Shown: positions 1 to 14,816, counted from the stretch's first letter. The stretch is DNA of 64,000 bases from Phoronis australis (GCA_002633005.1 NMRA01000147.1:310001-374000); one strand, 5' to 3'. Notes: a model not told the origin generated them from the letters alone. Program-made: numbers and translations.

Positions 1-330
1 TGAGTGATGGTAAAAAATATAAGCTGCTGGTAAGATGTCAATTTTAATCGAAGTCTTAGTAAATCACTCAGAAACTCAGAATTCTCTCTTTGTCAAACCT
101 TAACTTAAAACGATTTCCAAAGCAATCGCGTCATTATTGCCAACACAAAAAACGGATTTGGTCTTTTGGGCAATTGAAAAAAAGACTATTTTAAATACAA
201 CAAATTTGTTACGAACTGGTTGCACAAAATATAAAACATGTAACAAGCATTACAAAAATAAGGAGGTTTCGCGCGCAAACGCTGTGGACCATAAACAAGT
301 AGGTCTCTTAGTATCAAATTAGGAGTTAAA

Positions 331-392
331 TCGTGGCGGTGCAGTGGTAAAGCGCGTGCGCTATGTCCGCTGGGTCGTGAGTTCGTTTTTTT
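331..392 (+). repeat. tRNA-like (Pol III A/B-box) fragment, probable SINE head or tRNA pseudogene
   Basis: GGCGGTGCAGTGGTAAAG (A-box-like) followed ~30 bp later by GAGTTCG (B-box-like) and a T run; no complete cloverleaf. Confidence 0.4.
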
Positions 393-3300
393 GCCTTGTT
401 CTTGGATAATACTTCGGAAATCAAGGAAATGCTTGATTTTTAGAGGAAAAAACAGAGAAATTTCCTGGGCGGGAGAAAGGCAAACCTCCTCCCGACCTCC
501 CCCATTCGGTGTTATGCGCATGTACAATCGTGCTTTGAGCAAATGTTTACAGACAAAATGTTGGCCCCCTCTTTGAGATATCCATATCCGCCACTGAGAA
601 GTAAGCAGGCTTTCCACGGAAACCTCATTCATGGCAGTTCAGTGAGTACTAATAATGCACCAGTTAGCTGTCACTCACTACGCGGCTATTTTAGGTGGTG
701 GTTCACTATCAAAAATAAATCGTAAACCAGAAAAATAATATCAAATTCAGTTTAATTTGAAATATATGGAGTTGTGTGGAATAAGAGTTACTTGGGCTTA
801 AGTTTCGACTTACCTAACTTAGGTTAAAATCCGTTTCATGGAGTTTTTAACTGAAATGAAGCGTACGATTGTCGTAAAGATAATACACATTGATCGGTAT
901 GTCTGTAAGACAGTAACGTAGGATCTAAGACAAATTCAACTTCGTTAAGCCCTGACCACGACCGGTTATCACCACTTTGACCAACCCACGTCATCAATTT
1001 CACGCACACCTGAGACTCAGAAGAGGTTTCGCCCCTGACATTGGCAATGATCGGGCAACCGCCCAAGACCCAACTTCCTATTACCATGGACGGAGGTTAA
1101 AGGGAGAGGTTGTCACCAAATAATAAATGGAACACTAGGCACATGAAGTCAGCTTGGAATATTTAATCGTTTTGAAAATCTCTGTCCTCTAATTGAGACA
1201 CGAATTCTAAGCTTGTATACGACTTACAATAGTTTTCAAATTATGGTTGACTGACGCTCTACAAGTGGCTCACGAGAAAGCCCCTTAATTTACATTCATC
1301 GCCCTTACAAAAATTTCAAAGTTCAGATGTTGTGGACTCCTGTTTCGTGTACAGTACATATAGCACTGAAAAAGAGAGAGCAAATACAAATTAATTTGAA
1401 ATACAATTCGATTAATCTAATTTACACTGTTCGCATGTGCTGTTTCCAGTTATCAATAGTTCAAAGACTAAATGCGCTTAAGCGTTGGGAAGCCTATAAC
1501 CGGATAATGTAATCAACGAATGCTAGTCCGTACCAAGCCAGGGGATTGTGTTTCCACCAAGTGTGTTATAAGGCATAAAATCCGTAAGAATTTATCTTGT
1601 GCGGGTCATTATAAGCATTTTTATTGAGGCAGTCAACACAACGCAGATTCACGGCTTCGCACGATCTTTCGCAAAAAGCGTCTTACGAACACTTTAACCA
1701 GATGCCATTACATTCCTGCACAAAATGTTAATACTCTAATCAGTCACGTAGGATCACCATGTAATGGGCGAACAGAGACTATCAACAAGTCACGTCATTG
1801 GATTGAAGTCTTCTCACGGCGGAATTGGCTAGGGGCTGACTACAAGATATGCGACTACTTCAAATGCGATTTTTACTTGTATGTTGCTCTGACACTAAGT
1901 TTTCTGTTGTTCGAACTCTACAAGTCGCAATTTCCGTCCGATCCTCACGAAATTTACACACAACTTTTACTTCTAAAAGTAATGGAACCTCATTATTTTT
2001 CATCATGATCAGATCTAAGATGGCGGATGTGACGGCCATTTTGTTTTCAATTTCAAATTCAAATGCTCGTGAAAGCTATAATCATTGACGTACACAACTC
2101 AAAATTAATACAATTATTGGACCGGATGTCTTCTACACGTGTGCCGGAAATCATTTACTAACAAATAAAGATGGCGGAGATATCGGAAATTGCTCATGCG
2201 CACCTCGATTTCGGGCTAAAAACGTTTCTTCCGAGAGAGAGCATTATAGGACCAATTGCTTCGAAACTTTTCGACAGGTATTAGTTTCCTTTGACAGGCT
2301 ACTATAAAATGCTGAGAAACAGCAAGTTGCTTTCAAGCAGGCGTATCTGGCGCATTTTGACCCATTTTCAGTCGTGCTAACGTGCCAATTTAAACGGGAA
2401 GATAAAATGACGTAAATTTTTGCATGTGTTTATTCTTTCAAATAATCTGTAACAGCTTTTCAAGTTTACCGTTTTTTGAGTTATTCGACTTTCAATTTAA
2501 AAAATTGCAAAATTTGAAAATTTTCGGAATTTTTCGAAAATGTATTGTTAAATAGAGTTTTGAACGGGCTTTCGAAAAATATTTTCCATTTTTTATACAA
2601 CGTCTATTTTTTGAATTATTCGAGATTTTCTGATAACGCTGTTCCTTTGTTGACCGGTCTTGCTACACTGATGATGATTTAGCTTCTACAGAAACAAGAC
2701 AGTAGCATATTTCTTACTGATTTCTGATATATTCGCTGGTCATATGACTGTTATCGTGTTGTTCATACTCGCCACTTTCATCATCATAACCATCATCGTC
2801 GTCGTCATTGTCGTCTTTTCGGTTAATTCCGCCAAGTGTCGCTCCTTCGAGGGTTCTCGTTTTCCGATCGCTGCATAAAGGTACTATAAACCTGCCCTCT
2901 GAAAAACAACCTTTGATTCAGAACAATTACCTTCATATAATTGGTCTCGTTATTGGTCACAGAATAAGTTAGAGATTTTATGCGCTAAGCATGGCCTCAA
3001 GGATCAGCCAGTTCTTAAATTCCTACAAATGACTTGTTTTCTGATTAACGGGTAACTTAAGGCCAGTTTGTAACGAAATGTGGTCTACCATCGTAAGTTA
3101 TTCTTTTGGGAAGAAAGAAGTTCTTAGCAACTTATGTCCATAAAGTCTCGTTAAATTTTTCTAAAAAATAAAAGAGCAATTGAAGAGGCACAAAATGGAC
3201 GTTACCATAATTAGTTATTGATGAATTTTGCCTCATTTTTAAAATGCGCTGATATATCAGCGCACGATCAGCGCACGAAGTACTTCAAGATGCTAATCGC

Positions 3301-3699
3301 ATTTACCACAGCAGGTCACTCCATACGGAACACCTCGGATATTTTCATAACCTGAAATGTCCCTTCGGAAGTGAACGATATCTGCCCATGTTCAGGTGAC
3401 TTTGAAATCGGAGAGACGGTTGACCGTTAGCCTCGTTCCAGCTTTCAACGCGCAGTCACTTCTTTATTTGACAATTTGGAGGCAAGTTTTTCATTTGCTT
3501 TGCCAAAACAATACTGAACCTTACTTTAATAAATATTTAAGGTACACTCAATGGTATCCAACCAAAAATTTTCTTTGAAACTCTTGCGCCTAGATAGGCT
3601 TGATATTCTGCAAGTGTTTCCACGTAATTACTGAGCACTGCAACTTCGATGGTCATCGAAACATCACAAGGCGAGTGACACGCTCAATCTCAATCGATG

Positions 3700-4094
3700 T
3701 TTCGCGGCCTTTTCGATGGAAACGTAACCAGTCAGAAAGATGTCAACAGATCACATTGGTTAAATCTTTCCAATTTTCTGAGAGAAACAGACAGATTGGA
3801 AGACTTCATCCACGAGGAACCCCAGTGGTTTCCATGAGTCATGGGCAGGGGATGAGTGCAATGGGACTGCTAACCGTGTGGCCCAAGCGAGTCTGGGGCA
3901 CCGCCTGCTTAATTTCGTTTTAACCACGTAACTCACCCAGTTTTGTTTCAATGTGAAATTGTAATTTTTATAAGGTTCATTGAACACTGCCTATTTCACC
4001 CATTGCAATGTGGTTAAAGCGTTGATAACCGCGGAGTTCATACAGTTCATAAATTGCGTATGTTATTGTAAAGGTATTTTATGGACACCCTGTA
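3700..4094 (+). mobile_element. Decayed Tc1/mariner-like element (right end plus transposase scraps)
   Basis: Ends TTTATGGACACCCTG|TA (4078-4094), the reverse complement of a TA|CAGGGTGTCC mariner-type terminus. Internal scraps translate as FDGNVTSQK and GMSAMGL, reminiscent of Tc1/mariner DDE/D domains. Left end not found. Confidence 0.35.
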
Positions 4095-4847
4095 TTCTCA
4101 ACGACAGAGTCAAAGAAGATTACTGACACGAAGGTTATAGAAACTATTCATCAGTTGAAACCATTAGAGCGTAAATGCTAGTATAGCGATATTTTTTCAA
4201 CAAAATCTTAAAAGCCTGCCTTCCGCGCAGTGAGACATTAAATTTCCCATTTTTTCGTGAAGTCATAATGCAGTTGCGTTAACCAAGCCTCCGTTTGAAT
4301 GCCAAAACCTTTGATGGATATTAATATGTTTGCGAGAACTGTCGATAATTTCATTTAATCTTCGATTTATTTTCCTTGAAGAAAGCTTAGTCATAATCAA
4401 ATCTTATTAGAATGCCCGAGATGTAATTTACAGCTTCACAGCAGACAGTATCCGAGCACCACTACAACTGTATATGTATAAGAATAAAACATCTAACTAG
4501 AGTCTATAAGCTGTAATATTTTTAAACAACTTCAATTTTGTGTTATTCAATGATGGCGAAACTCGACTGAGATTTCTGCGTTTTCTCGTTTCAAAAAACA
4601 CGTTTAAACCAAAGAGTGTCTTTTGTGACAAATTCGAAAGGCGTGCAAATAATTGTCATAGTGCATTGCATATGGCCATTTACAATGCACAGGTTAACCA
4701 CGCAAATCAATATCTATACAGGGGATATCCATTGTAAACGTGAAGAACTATGAAAATATTCGGGTATTCCAAGCACGTTATTTTCAGATGAAACTAAATC
4801 TTTTTTTCTTGTTCACTAATAAATGAGCTGATTGATAAATAGAAACT

Positions 4848-5172
4848 GATATAGAGAGATGGACGGACGGACGGACGGACGGACGGACGGACGGACGCCG
4901 GACGGATGGATGGGTGGATCGATTGGTGGATAGGCAAATGGGTAGATATATAGATAGATGGATTGATGGATAGATGGATGGATGGATGGATGGAAGAATG
5001 GACAGGTAGATGGGCATGTGGATAGCCAGATAGATAGATAGGCAGACACAGACAGAGAGATAGTCAGGCAGACTGGCAGACAGACTTACAGACAAACAAA
5101 TAGATAGACATAAATAGATAGATAGATACATAGATAGATAGATATATAATAGACAGAAAGATAGATAGATAG
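4848..5172. repeat. Compound tetranucleotide microsatellite (GGAC)n/(GATG)n/(GACA)n/(GATA)n
   Basis: Direct read: ~9 GGAC units at 4861-4896 grading into GATG, GACA and GATA tracts. Confidence 0.95.
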
Positions 5173-8100
5173 GTTAAATTTATTTGTCTTCGTTCAAAAT
5201 GCACATTGTACACGGGTCTTTCTAGACGTGTTGGAGACTGTTAATTTACAATCAAGATGGGAAGAACTTAAAACCTCAGTGACGTTAACCAATCAATCCC
5301 ACCTATTAAAACTATTCGAATTGATCTCAATCTAGGTGCACCAACAAGCACACCGATAGAGCAGTTAAAATTTAAAATAGTGGCATGAGTCATCAACGTT
5401 ACGTATGAGTGTGTTTTTACCAAATGCCGAAGCGATATTGCTTAGTTAAAATATATACGTTGCACACTGTACTGACGTTCATGGTGGGTTATTATGACCA
5501 AAATTCCTGCTTTAGGGCGATGGTAGTGTGAAATCCTGAGAGAAAATTCAGTTACAGGAATGACACGTTTATAACATTTCAAAGTATTCTTTAAGATTTG
5601 GTCAAGATGTAAAAGCCGTAACATTTGGTTTTTCCGTATTCTCGCCCGGATGTTGTTTACTATAACAACTAATGGTTGACCAACTGAGGTCGCTGAAGTC
5701 GTTCATTTAAATCGCTTAAAGAGGCATGGAACGCGAAAACTCGTCAAAAATATCGAAAATCTAATCTAGCAACGTCTACTACAGAGTTATTCACTTTCCC
5801 CTGTGAGGAGATTTCCACAAAAATAAAAAAATCACGATTTTTGAAATACAGGCGAAGGAAAAACTCTGTAGTCACCACAGAGTTTCTAATGTTCCTCCCA
5901 CTTGTGATAAATGGCAAACGGTTGATTTACAAGAGTGATATTAACGGTAGATTATCATGTGTGATAGCACTCTAAGGAAAACACCACAGTATGAGGCAAG
6001 CCAGTGAAACAAGGGGTTTCCCAAAGAAAATTCCAAGCGCATTTTAGAATGTTTTGAATACTGCGGTACCTTTTTAAGTAATTTCCAAAATCAATTGCCT
6101 CTTAATCCGGCCGCTGCTTGAAGTCGCCATTGTTTTGTTTACATCAAATATAAAAGGTCAAATTTTCTGGGAAATGTGCTACGTCTATGTCTTGCCATAC
6201 CAAATAAACAGAGGTGCTTTGCATTGTTTGAGAAAAATCAACGAAACGATGAGCATGTGACGGGTTGTTTTTTTGAAATTTGAAACTAAAAGAAAAATGC
6301 TTTGACATCAGCAGAGATTCAAAGTCTTTACGATTAAACCAAAAAATATCTGGTGAACACGTTGAATTCTGCTTCAGTGCAGAGAACCACTTTGAACAAT
6401 GCAAATTAGTCCGTTCCAGACCTCTATAAAAAGGTCGCTATTGGCCTTTTCCTTGGGTATTTCTGCTGATTAGTTGCGTAATTCATTTTGCACTTTGTGA
6501 CTAGTAACACTAGAGTAGCTAGTACAGTGCGTTGGATACCGAAAATACCTTCATGTTCGCAGTTATGTAACAATTAGCAGAATTCCTGGTTTCATTGAGA
6601 TATGGATAGCTCTGTAAATTATAAGTTTCACTATTGTATCTCACAGTTATTGCACAGCCGTGTAACCAAATGATAATTTATGGGTCAAATTTTATCCAGA
6701 TTGTACCAAATTCAAACTTGACCTCAATGAATGTAATGGCGGACGTAAATCCAGAGGGAAAAGAAAAACGATAAGACACCAGCGTTGACACATCCAAATA
6801 GAGAAAAATACGATAATAAAGTTGTTTTTTTTGAATTAATGCATGCTATTTTCAGTTTTTGATAAATATCATGCTGGGAATGTTTCGTCTCCACCGCCAA
6901 GAGAGCATTAATTGGGTAATTAATCCGTCTTGGAGTTTTCAAATCATAGCAAGATCCTTTCCCAACAACACTCGATTGCTGACGCTATTTCATGCTGGAC
7001 CTGTCAATTAATGAACATCTTAAAATGTCAGTTAAGTGATACACGATATTGTAAGCATTCACTAACATTTACATTGTTGGTGATACGTCTTTCATATTTT
7101 GTCCCTGCTCGGTGCCATTAAATGATTATGGTATACAATACTTCAGTTATTCAATTGAGACTTTTAGTAAGCTGCCATTTACAATTAGAAAGCAATTGCA
7201 ACAAACAGTGGTGTGAGTTGTTTCAGTTTTCGCAGTTTGGGTGACTGACAACGAACTGACCACTCATTGGCCTACCTCAAAAGCAAACATTGAGTATTAG
7301 AACTGGTAATTGAACTGCGGCATAATTGGTACTTGGAAAAGCAAACATATGAAACCTGTGCAAAAGATTCAAGTAACTGTTACGTCGACCAGCTTCAGAG
7401 TAAGATAAATTGTTAACTTAATAAAGCTGTAACCAATTGATTGTTACATTGCGAAAAATAATTGACCGTTGCAAATTCTGGGCCTTGTGTCTGCAAACCG
7501 TGGCATTGGTTTGTCAAACGTAATAACGAGATCGATTTCAAAATGACAGTGATTAATGTCAAGCGAAGCGCCTGCTATCTATTTTTGGTCAAAAAGATTG
7601 GTGAGTTTGGTTGTTGGATATGAACCAAATACTGGGCTGCGTTCCAAAGATAAGTTTCTGAACAACAGGATTACGGAAGACCACGCAAAATCCCGTGCAT
7701 AAAAGGCGAATGTTTCGTGAGTATGCGCGAGACCTTACTAGCATAACTAAGCAATAATGCGGCCAATGAAATGATTGGTCGATGAAGCTGAAACATTGAA
7801 TTTTTGGGTAGAATAATGCATTAGGGGATAAAATTTTCTGTTTCCGTTCCGGAAGCCAAGATTTTTCAAGTGCAAATTAATCTCTTGTGAGCCTGTTTCA
7901 TGAAAATGACTTCTTAACCCTAGAAGGCCCGGATCTTAAGTTAAAACTGAGAACGAAAATTCATAAAAGACAGTTTCATGAACACAAAGTTAGTTTTGTG
8001 TTTGGTGTTAAAGATGCCAGGTCTCATTAAATTGTGAATCTGCAAATGAAGTACTAGTTCACCCCCCTAGTTTTCCAGTGTACCGGAAACCATCCTAGCG

Positions 8101-10694
8101 AAAGAAGGCTTTCGCGAGACTATTTTTATGTATATAAGTATGGTAATATGAAACAAGGCACAATTTTTATTATTTGTTTATTTCACTATCAAATAATGAT
8201 TGCTTACCCATTTGGACTTGTTAGGTTTTTATAAGTTAACACTTGTTTTTAAGTGTATCAGTTGTGATGTTTTCTTTAAAACCGCAATATCTTTACACGC
8301 GGTTCTCCAGCAAGTCACTAGGTGGCGCTGTGTACAAATTTGAGTATTAACGGTTTTAATGAGACATAGCGTCTTTAACTTGAAATTAGACGTTTTTTGC
8401 CATAGGAGAGCATACTAACAACACTTTCGCCACCTGTTACGCATTTACAAAACTACGCGAGGTGATGCCCAATTTCCGATTTCAAGTATAACATTGGTCT
8501 TGAAAGACTAATTTGGGTTTTATTTGCAACACTTTGCGATCACATATAATTGAGAGGCCCTTATATAGCTGGAAAACGACAGGTATGCAGGTAAATCGCA
8601 CTGCATTTGCCACATGTTTGTTTCTAAGCTCACCGCAGACGAGGAGTTGCAGATCAGCCAACATGTTCAGCTGGCTGCATTTATCGAGACGGAAACCATG
8701 TTGAACGAACTATTAGTTGAATTTTAAAGCCTTGGCGTGACCTATGTGTTCAGCTAACTTTTACTCGGGGCAGCCAGCTGAGCTCATAGCTCTCCGTCTA
8801 CGTTGAGCCAAAAAAATCGGGGAAACTCTATATGTGAACCACTCAGTAATTAAAATAACTTCTGACACCGAGTAAGCTAAATTGGTCATTAAACCACGTT
8901 TTCGTGATATACACAGGCCACGTGTGCTGTTTAGCAATGCGAACGAAATGAATAAAGGTATGCGTAACGTAATAACAAATGGTAGCTTAGTATAATGAAA
9001 AATTATGGAGAAAGTACAAGCATATTAAACCCTGATTTCGTGATTTGCCCAAACCTGATTCAGTCACCAGATACTGTTCAATCAGTTGTATTTCCCCACA
9101 GGTGAGTCTAATAACATATTGGATCAACGGTTCGAACGGTGGCCTATACAGTTGTCAAACTTGCTCCGAACGATAGTCACGTTTGTCGGTTAAGCAAAAT
9201 TTGTAAGGAGTTTTCTTATTTATTCCAAACGTTAGAAAGTTGGCCAGCTACATGTATAGTGCATTGCCTTCTGTCAACGAGTTAGTGATCTAGTCGTAAT
9301 AGTTTAAATTAGTATCCTTCTAACAAAGACCATGGGGTTTCGACTAATAATTCTATTTTACAGAAACATTTTATTTCTTGAAGAATACTTCTCTTCTAAG
9401 AATTATCTCACTGGAGGATAAAGTCTAACATTAAGGACTGTCAGTGACTCAAGCGTAAAGACAAACATCAATTAAAAGTAGCTTATAGAAAAGAAAACAC
9501 TATACTGATGAGTTATTTTAGCTAAGCACTAAATTGTTCTTGGTCATCTCACCCATTAGCATCAATCGTATTTAAGGCTTTGGCAGTGCTGATTATTCGA
9601 TAATACATTGATTTCCGTGTCAATGTTTCGTCTAAACATTTCGAATGGACATATACAATCGAGATAAACCAAACAACACAACAAATGAATTGCGCTGGAC
9701 GTATTTAATAAGTCGTTAAATGGTTTTAAACTCGATAATATCAATTACGGTGTCTAAACTTTAAAAATTTAAGGTTGGTTAAAATCACGTGGTGGATTTG
9801 TATTCGCGTGATTAAAACAAGTGGATACAATATGCAGTGGGTGTCAGATGCGGATATGGGGAGGCGCAGGGGTTGCACCCCCCACACGTAGCATGAAACA
9901 GATGGCGACGCGTCATGCATGGCGTTTTTAATGATAACTCGATCGTCTGGTGTTTGACTTAGGTAGAGACTCTCTGGATGTCCCAGATCCGCCAGCGCGA
10001 AGTCTTGACGAGATACAACAATATTTTGATTCTGATGGAGTATGCAGGACCTGAAAGACGACTTGATCATAGCTGTTGGCGAAATGCACCATCCAACACT
10101 CGGTAAAAGTTGGATGATTAAGCCTTACACATGGCTGATGCCTTGTCGGCTCAGAGCGTAGGATCTTTTAAGACTTAAAAGCCTCGTTCATGAGTACAGA
10201 GTACACAAAACTACACGACACAGGCATTTATGAACTGATTCGTCACTTGACTTACATGTACAAACACGGATCACGAGCCTTTAAATTCGTGCCCGTACAA
10301 ACAAAACGTGGCTTACGCGCAGACGTTTGAGATTACTCATAAGTTTGATTTCGAATTTCCGTGTAATTTGGTATAATTCAAATGAAACATACTTCAAACC
10401 TGTTTTTCTTTTGATTTGTACGAAAAAACAAAACCTGGTTCGTCGAAATTAATTCTTGGGGCTGTCGAGAGTGCTCTAGATCAGTCCTAGCAGATACATG
10501 TAGTAGTCGATTCCAAACACTTCTGACTCGCAATTCGTCGTAAAAATGACGTCAAATAACTTAGGAACGACGGCTGGCTCCTAACAGTGGCACAAAGTAT
10601 ATACCTGATCAACTTGATTGTGTATATATCAGGACCTCGTGAGTTCCTTTTCAATACGCTAAAAATTTCGGAAAACTTAGATTAGTTTTACTAA

Positions 10695-11182
10695 AGTGTG
10701 TCATAGCGCATAATTAACGATCATGCGTATGTTTTGCACATGCAGTGCGAGTAGCTGCGTATGTTATGCGCATACCTATCGTAATCCATACGCACCCAAC
10801 CGACCACGTACCTCCCGCAATACGTCGATATTCGCCAGGAGTTCGTTCAACCTGCGATCTACATGTATGCTGCAAGACCGTTGTGCATACATGCGCATCA
10901 AATATAAGCGGCTCAATAGGTTGTAACAGGCGATCAGGATATAATCGCGTAGGAGTCGCTTATCGTTATCCTGCACGCACTCGGTCAACGCTCAAGCGAT
11001 GCAGCACGCTGCACTGGGTCTTGATAACTCACGGCCTGCGTAACAGAGTACGCAGAGTAGCCGTTTGCATCCCCAGTCTATCAAGCGTACCACTGGGTTT
11101 TGATGAATCCGAGTGCGTATGACGGAAATGTCAGGTTGCAACTCATACTTAAATTATGATACTCAGAAGTATGACAGGGCCT
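10695..11182. mobile_element. Degenerate GCGTA/TACGC-rich non-autonomous DNA transposon (possible Harbinger-type MITE)
   Basis: GC-richer island with repeated GCGTA/TACGC motifs; ends TGTCATA (~10699) and TATGACAGGGCC (~11170-11181) are inverted; TSD not recognisable. Confidence 0.35.
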
Positions 11183-12054
11183 TTTCGGCGACATCACAAA
11201 GTAACGGGTGTGTTACTTGTTTACATTTAAGAAATGTTGACAACTGTACCTGGAAATCATTGTATAGTTTTTCTTAAAGCTGTTTATCTTACTGGCGAAA
11301 ATCGGACCAGGCCTTTTACGCTCTCACAAAATCAGTCTGTTAATATTGCTTGCCATGAAATGTTTTTATTTCCGTTAACAACAAGAATATCGAAAACAAT
11401 AAGCGACTGAAGAAAACGCTTCGAAGTTTATTCGAGTTGGCCAACCCTAAAAATGTAGATTCTAACATGGCACGATTACGTATTGGCGGTGACTCGAGTT
11501 GCCAGCACAATCGGCAGTAGATCGAATCAACGTGGTAATGCTTGTGAACTCCACTATAGGGCGTTTCGGTTAAGAATTCCAAACAGACAGCTAAAGAGGG
11601 TCGAAATACGCGTTGACTTTTTACTTAGGATTGATTTCCCAGTCCGAAAAATTCGTCTCTGTGACCTAGGAACCGAATCTAGGTTCTCCCTGAACTTAGC
11701 CATCCGCATTTTTCGCGTAGTTCCTAATTTCTACGTAACCCATTTCTACACAGAACTTCCATACAGCCTCATTTTAAGATTTCAAGAAAAACCCGGAAAC
11801 CTGCCACGAAATAGCCCGTGAACACTAAGACAGAATTAATAGTTTTTTTCAGGCCTGTCAAACGCAACGAGTCCGTCGATTGGGACCCGGATGTGGTGTC
11901 AGGTCACGTGATGCGTAGTAGCTGACCAAGTTTTGAGCAAAACAACCAATGAGATAAATGTAACTAGAATTGACATCACGTGGTTTTCGTTGAGCGAAGT
12001 GGTCTGCCATCTTGCTGATGAACCATGTTCATCGAGATGCGTGTGTACTGTGTA

Positions 12055-12305
12055 TTATACCACAATATAAGCGTCAAATGGCAGATACAACCGTGTAATA
12101 ACCCATAAAGTTATCTCACTAGTGAGATAACGATTTGGCGGGAAACCGAGGACAGAGTCGAATCCGGGACCCTGAAATTGCTGGTCGCCGACTTTACCAC
12201 TACACCATGCAGCGACTGACGTCATCAAGAGTGAAAATAGATACTAAGTGAGCACGCGCAATAATCTCATGTTCAACAAACCGCATTGTACTGTACTTAT
12301 ACGAT
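12055..12305 (-). mobile_element. Element carrying an internal tRNA-like module and a 22-bp perfect palindrome (copy A)
   Basis: Minus strand TGGTGTAGTGGTAAAG...GGATTCGACTC (A/B-box-like, 12146-12217); palindrome GTTATCTCACTAGTGAGATAAC at 12110-12131; 12184-12291 aligns by eye to 63334-63443. Confidence 0.6.
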
Positions 12306-14230
12306 ACGAAAAATAGGACACATAATTTCCATAAAAATGATATCTTAATTCAGTGAAAATTTTCTCTCATGTCCTCTTACTTGTAAATCACCGATCTCCA
12401 GTTTGAATGCGGGTATCGTGTCGTCAGGATCTTTGACTTGAGAATTATATTGAGTTACCAGTGGTAACTAGCTACTTTAGCAGACGGTAATTTCCCGGTC
12501 GAAGCTTAGCGTGAAAAAAAGTGTTTTAAGCTATAATAGTTGGTAAACCTTAATTTATAAATTCAATTTATTTCTATTACAGTTAAGTTTTCAATTGGTT
12601 TTGAGTAAAAGCATTATTTGACAAAAATAGCCCGGCTTTTCTTAAAAGGTCACGACCTCCGACCCCGGGCATCTGACATAGAAAGTAATTACAAAGCCGT
12701 GGAGAGTCAGTGGTCTTTTACCTGACTTTCCTGTTTAGTCCGATGTGGGTTTGGTGACCTTATGTTCTCTCCAAGACATCTGTTATTTTCTAGCAACGAA
12801 GAAGCACAAGAAGTGACTATAAGATTAACAATTGGGCATTTTTACAGAGTGAACACCAATTCAAAGATTTATTAAATATAGCCAGGTTATTGGGAACAGG
12901 GCAGGATCGAAGAAAAGGATACCGCAAGAATACTACACCCCACAATGTTATTGGGACGGTAGATGGGTTTTTCTTCAGATTTCAAGAGATGGGACAAATG
13001 TTATGTAGTCTGGCAAGGTATTAAAATCTGCAACTGTCTTACTTGAGGAAAATCAACAATTTTAAAACCTGTCCTGTTTATGGTCTTCTGCTACTTACAG
13101 TGTATCAATGCCTGAGTATGTAGGACAGATAAGGGCGCATAAAATAGGTACATTGATTGGTGTAACAAAATAATATTTGTAAAAAGTAATAACGCGAACG
13201 CCTTTTGAAAACTCTAGTTCAGCTTATATACATTGCAGCCGGCGTGTTGTTTTACAAGAATCCATGACACATCTGTCTCAACTGTGAGACCATGTCGTTT
13301 CAAACTGTACAAATTACCAGTTCACCACGATAAGATGAATTTGGTACTAATACAAGTAAAACATATTTGGATTTAGGGGGGGGGGGGCAGGCCCCTCCCC
13401 TTGGCACCCGCAAAAATTAAACAGCAAGAGCAAGAGGAAATATTGAGTTTATTAACTAACCCCGATAATTGTCATGCGGCTGAAACAATATTTAGCGTGG
13501 CAGTTGTAATTTGTGTGTGGGAGTGTGCGTGTGTGTGAGGGGGGGCTCCTATGGCAAGTGTCCGAGCCACACCATCGTTTTCCGTTTTTTTAGTCCTCCG
13601 TTTGTTTTTCAGTGAAAGGTCCACGTTCTCAAAAATTCGACACCCCTATTTTTGGGCTGGATGCCCGACACAACACAAAGCGTTGTCCTCCTTATCAGTG
13701 TTATCCAAGATCCGCCACAGTAATACTATATAGTCAAAGGAAAGTTATGAGCGTATCACTGAAGTAATTTCCCTTGAGACAACCCAGCACCCCTTACATT
13801 TATTTATTGAAAATAGGTCTGCATATTGATGTAATTATAATTCATTGGTATAACCTGAAGTAGACAATTCCAATCACCTTTCGAGAACGGGTATGTGCAG
13901 ATGCATACTTCGGACCTCCGACTTCGGCCGTCCAAGCAGAGGTGTTCACTGGCACACATGGCTAACCGATGTACTGTATATGTGCGTGTCTTACCAACCA
14001 CTACAGGGTGTTTTCGGTGTCATTGTGCATTCTTCTTTTTTCATTGAAATACTTAATGTTCACATATCAATCTCTATAACTCTATCCTTTTGAAAAATTT
14101 TGTTCCCAACTTTTATTCAAATTTTCCTATGACCTATCGCAAGCTCCGCCCCTATGCGAAAAGTCACGTGATACCCGACATTCGAACGAGATGTCAGATG
14201 CAAATACACTGTCGCTAAACGACGTTCCTG

Positions 14231-14460
14231 GTGGAATCGATGAGTGTTTTTGTACTATTTGAAAACGCGTTGACAGAGACAAGGGGCGATCCTTTTCAAA
14301 AAGTGAATCATACGTTCATGATATGGGAATTTGTAAAGGTGACGATGAAAAAAAAAGTGCTCGAGGAGCCAGCGAAAATCCAAAGAACCCATCGGCCTCG
14401 GGGGCACCTTCACCTGACAAATGACAAGGCCACTGATACGATTTGTTCATGTAAAGCTGG
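14231..14460 (+). pseudogene. Frameshifted SWIM zinc-finger exon of the transposon second ORF
   Basis: Frame-hopping translation ESYVHD...KCSRSQRKSKEP...LHLTNDKATDTICSCKAG, followed by donor GTATGT at 14461; CxC(K)AG is the start of a SWIM finger. Confidence 0.6.
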
Positions 14461-14816
14461 GTATGTACCTTAAAGTCGAATTATCTGTACGATTCCATAG
14501 ATTTCATGATTTTTCGAATAAAATCAGTGAAGATTCAACGATATTCTGTCTTCTGCTAAATTTCGCCCAATGAAAAGTAGGTCACAACTGGTGGGACTCC
14601 TGGAGTAAAGTAGGTCATAGATTACAGACCACACATGCACTATAGTGTCTGACTAGGTCGACTCGATAGCACTGTTTACACTTTTCTAATCTTGTAACGA
14701 AATATTTTGATAAAAAATCAGGTTCATAGCTCAGGTACACACTCATCTCGTCCTGGCCAAACAGTTAGCTCCGGTAGATCTAGGGCTGTGTCTAAGTAAA
14801 ACTAATGGCTGGAATT

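Noticed and set aside
4784-5131. ORFs of 115 and 77 aa
   Set aside because: Translations of the tetranucleotide microsatellite.
5716-6105. TTAA-flanked AGAGGCA...TGCCTC ends suggesting a Kolobok/piggyBac MITE
   Set aside because: Only 6 bp of inverted match and off by one base; similar TTAAAG/TTAAGG starts elsewhere have no partner.
12381-12467. Candidate 87-nt minus-strand exon (LPLVTQYNSQVKDPDDTIPAFKLEIGDLQ|gtaag)
   Set aside because: Weak acceptor, no recognisable homology, and not phase-compatible with the 20219 candidate exon.
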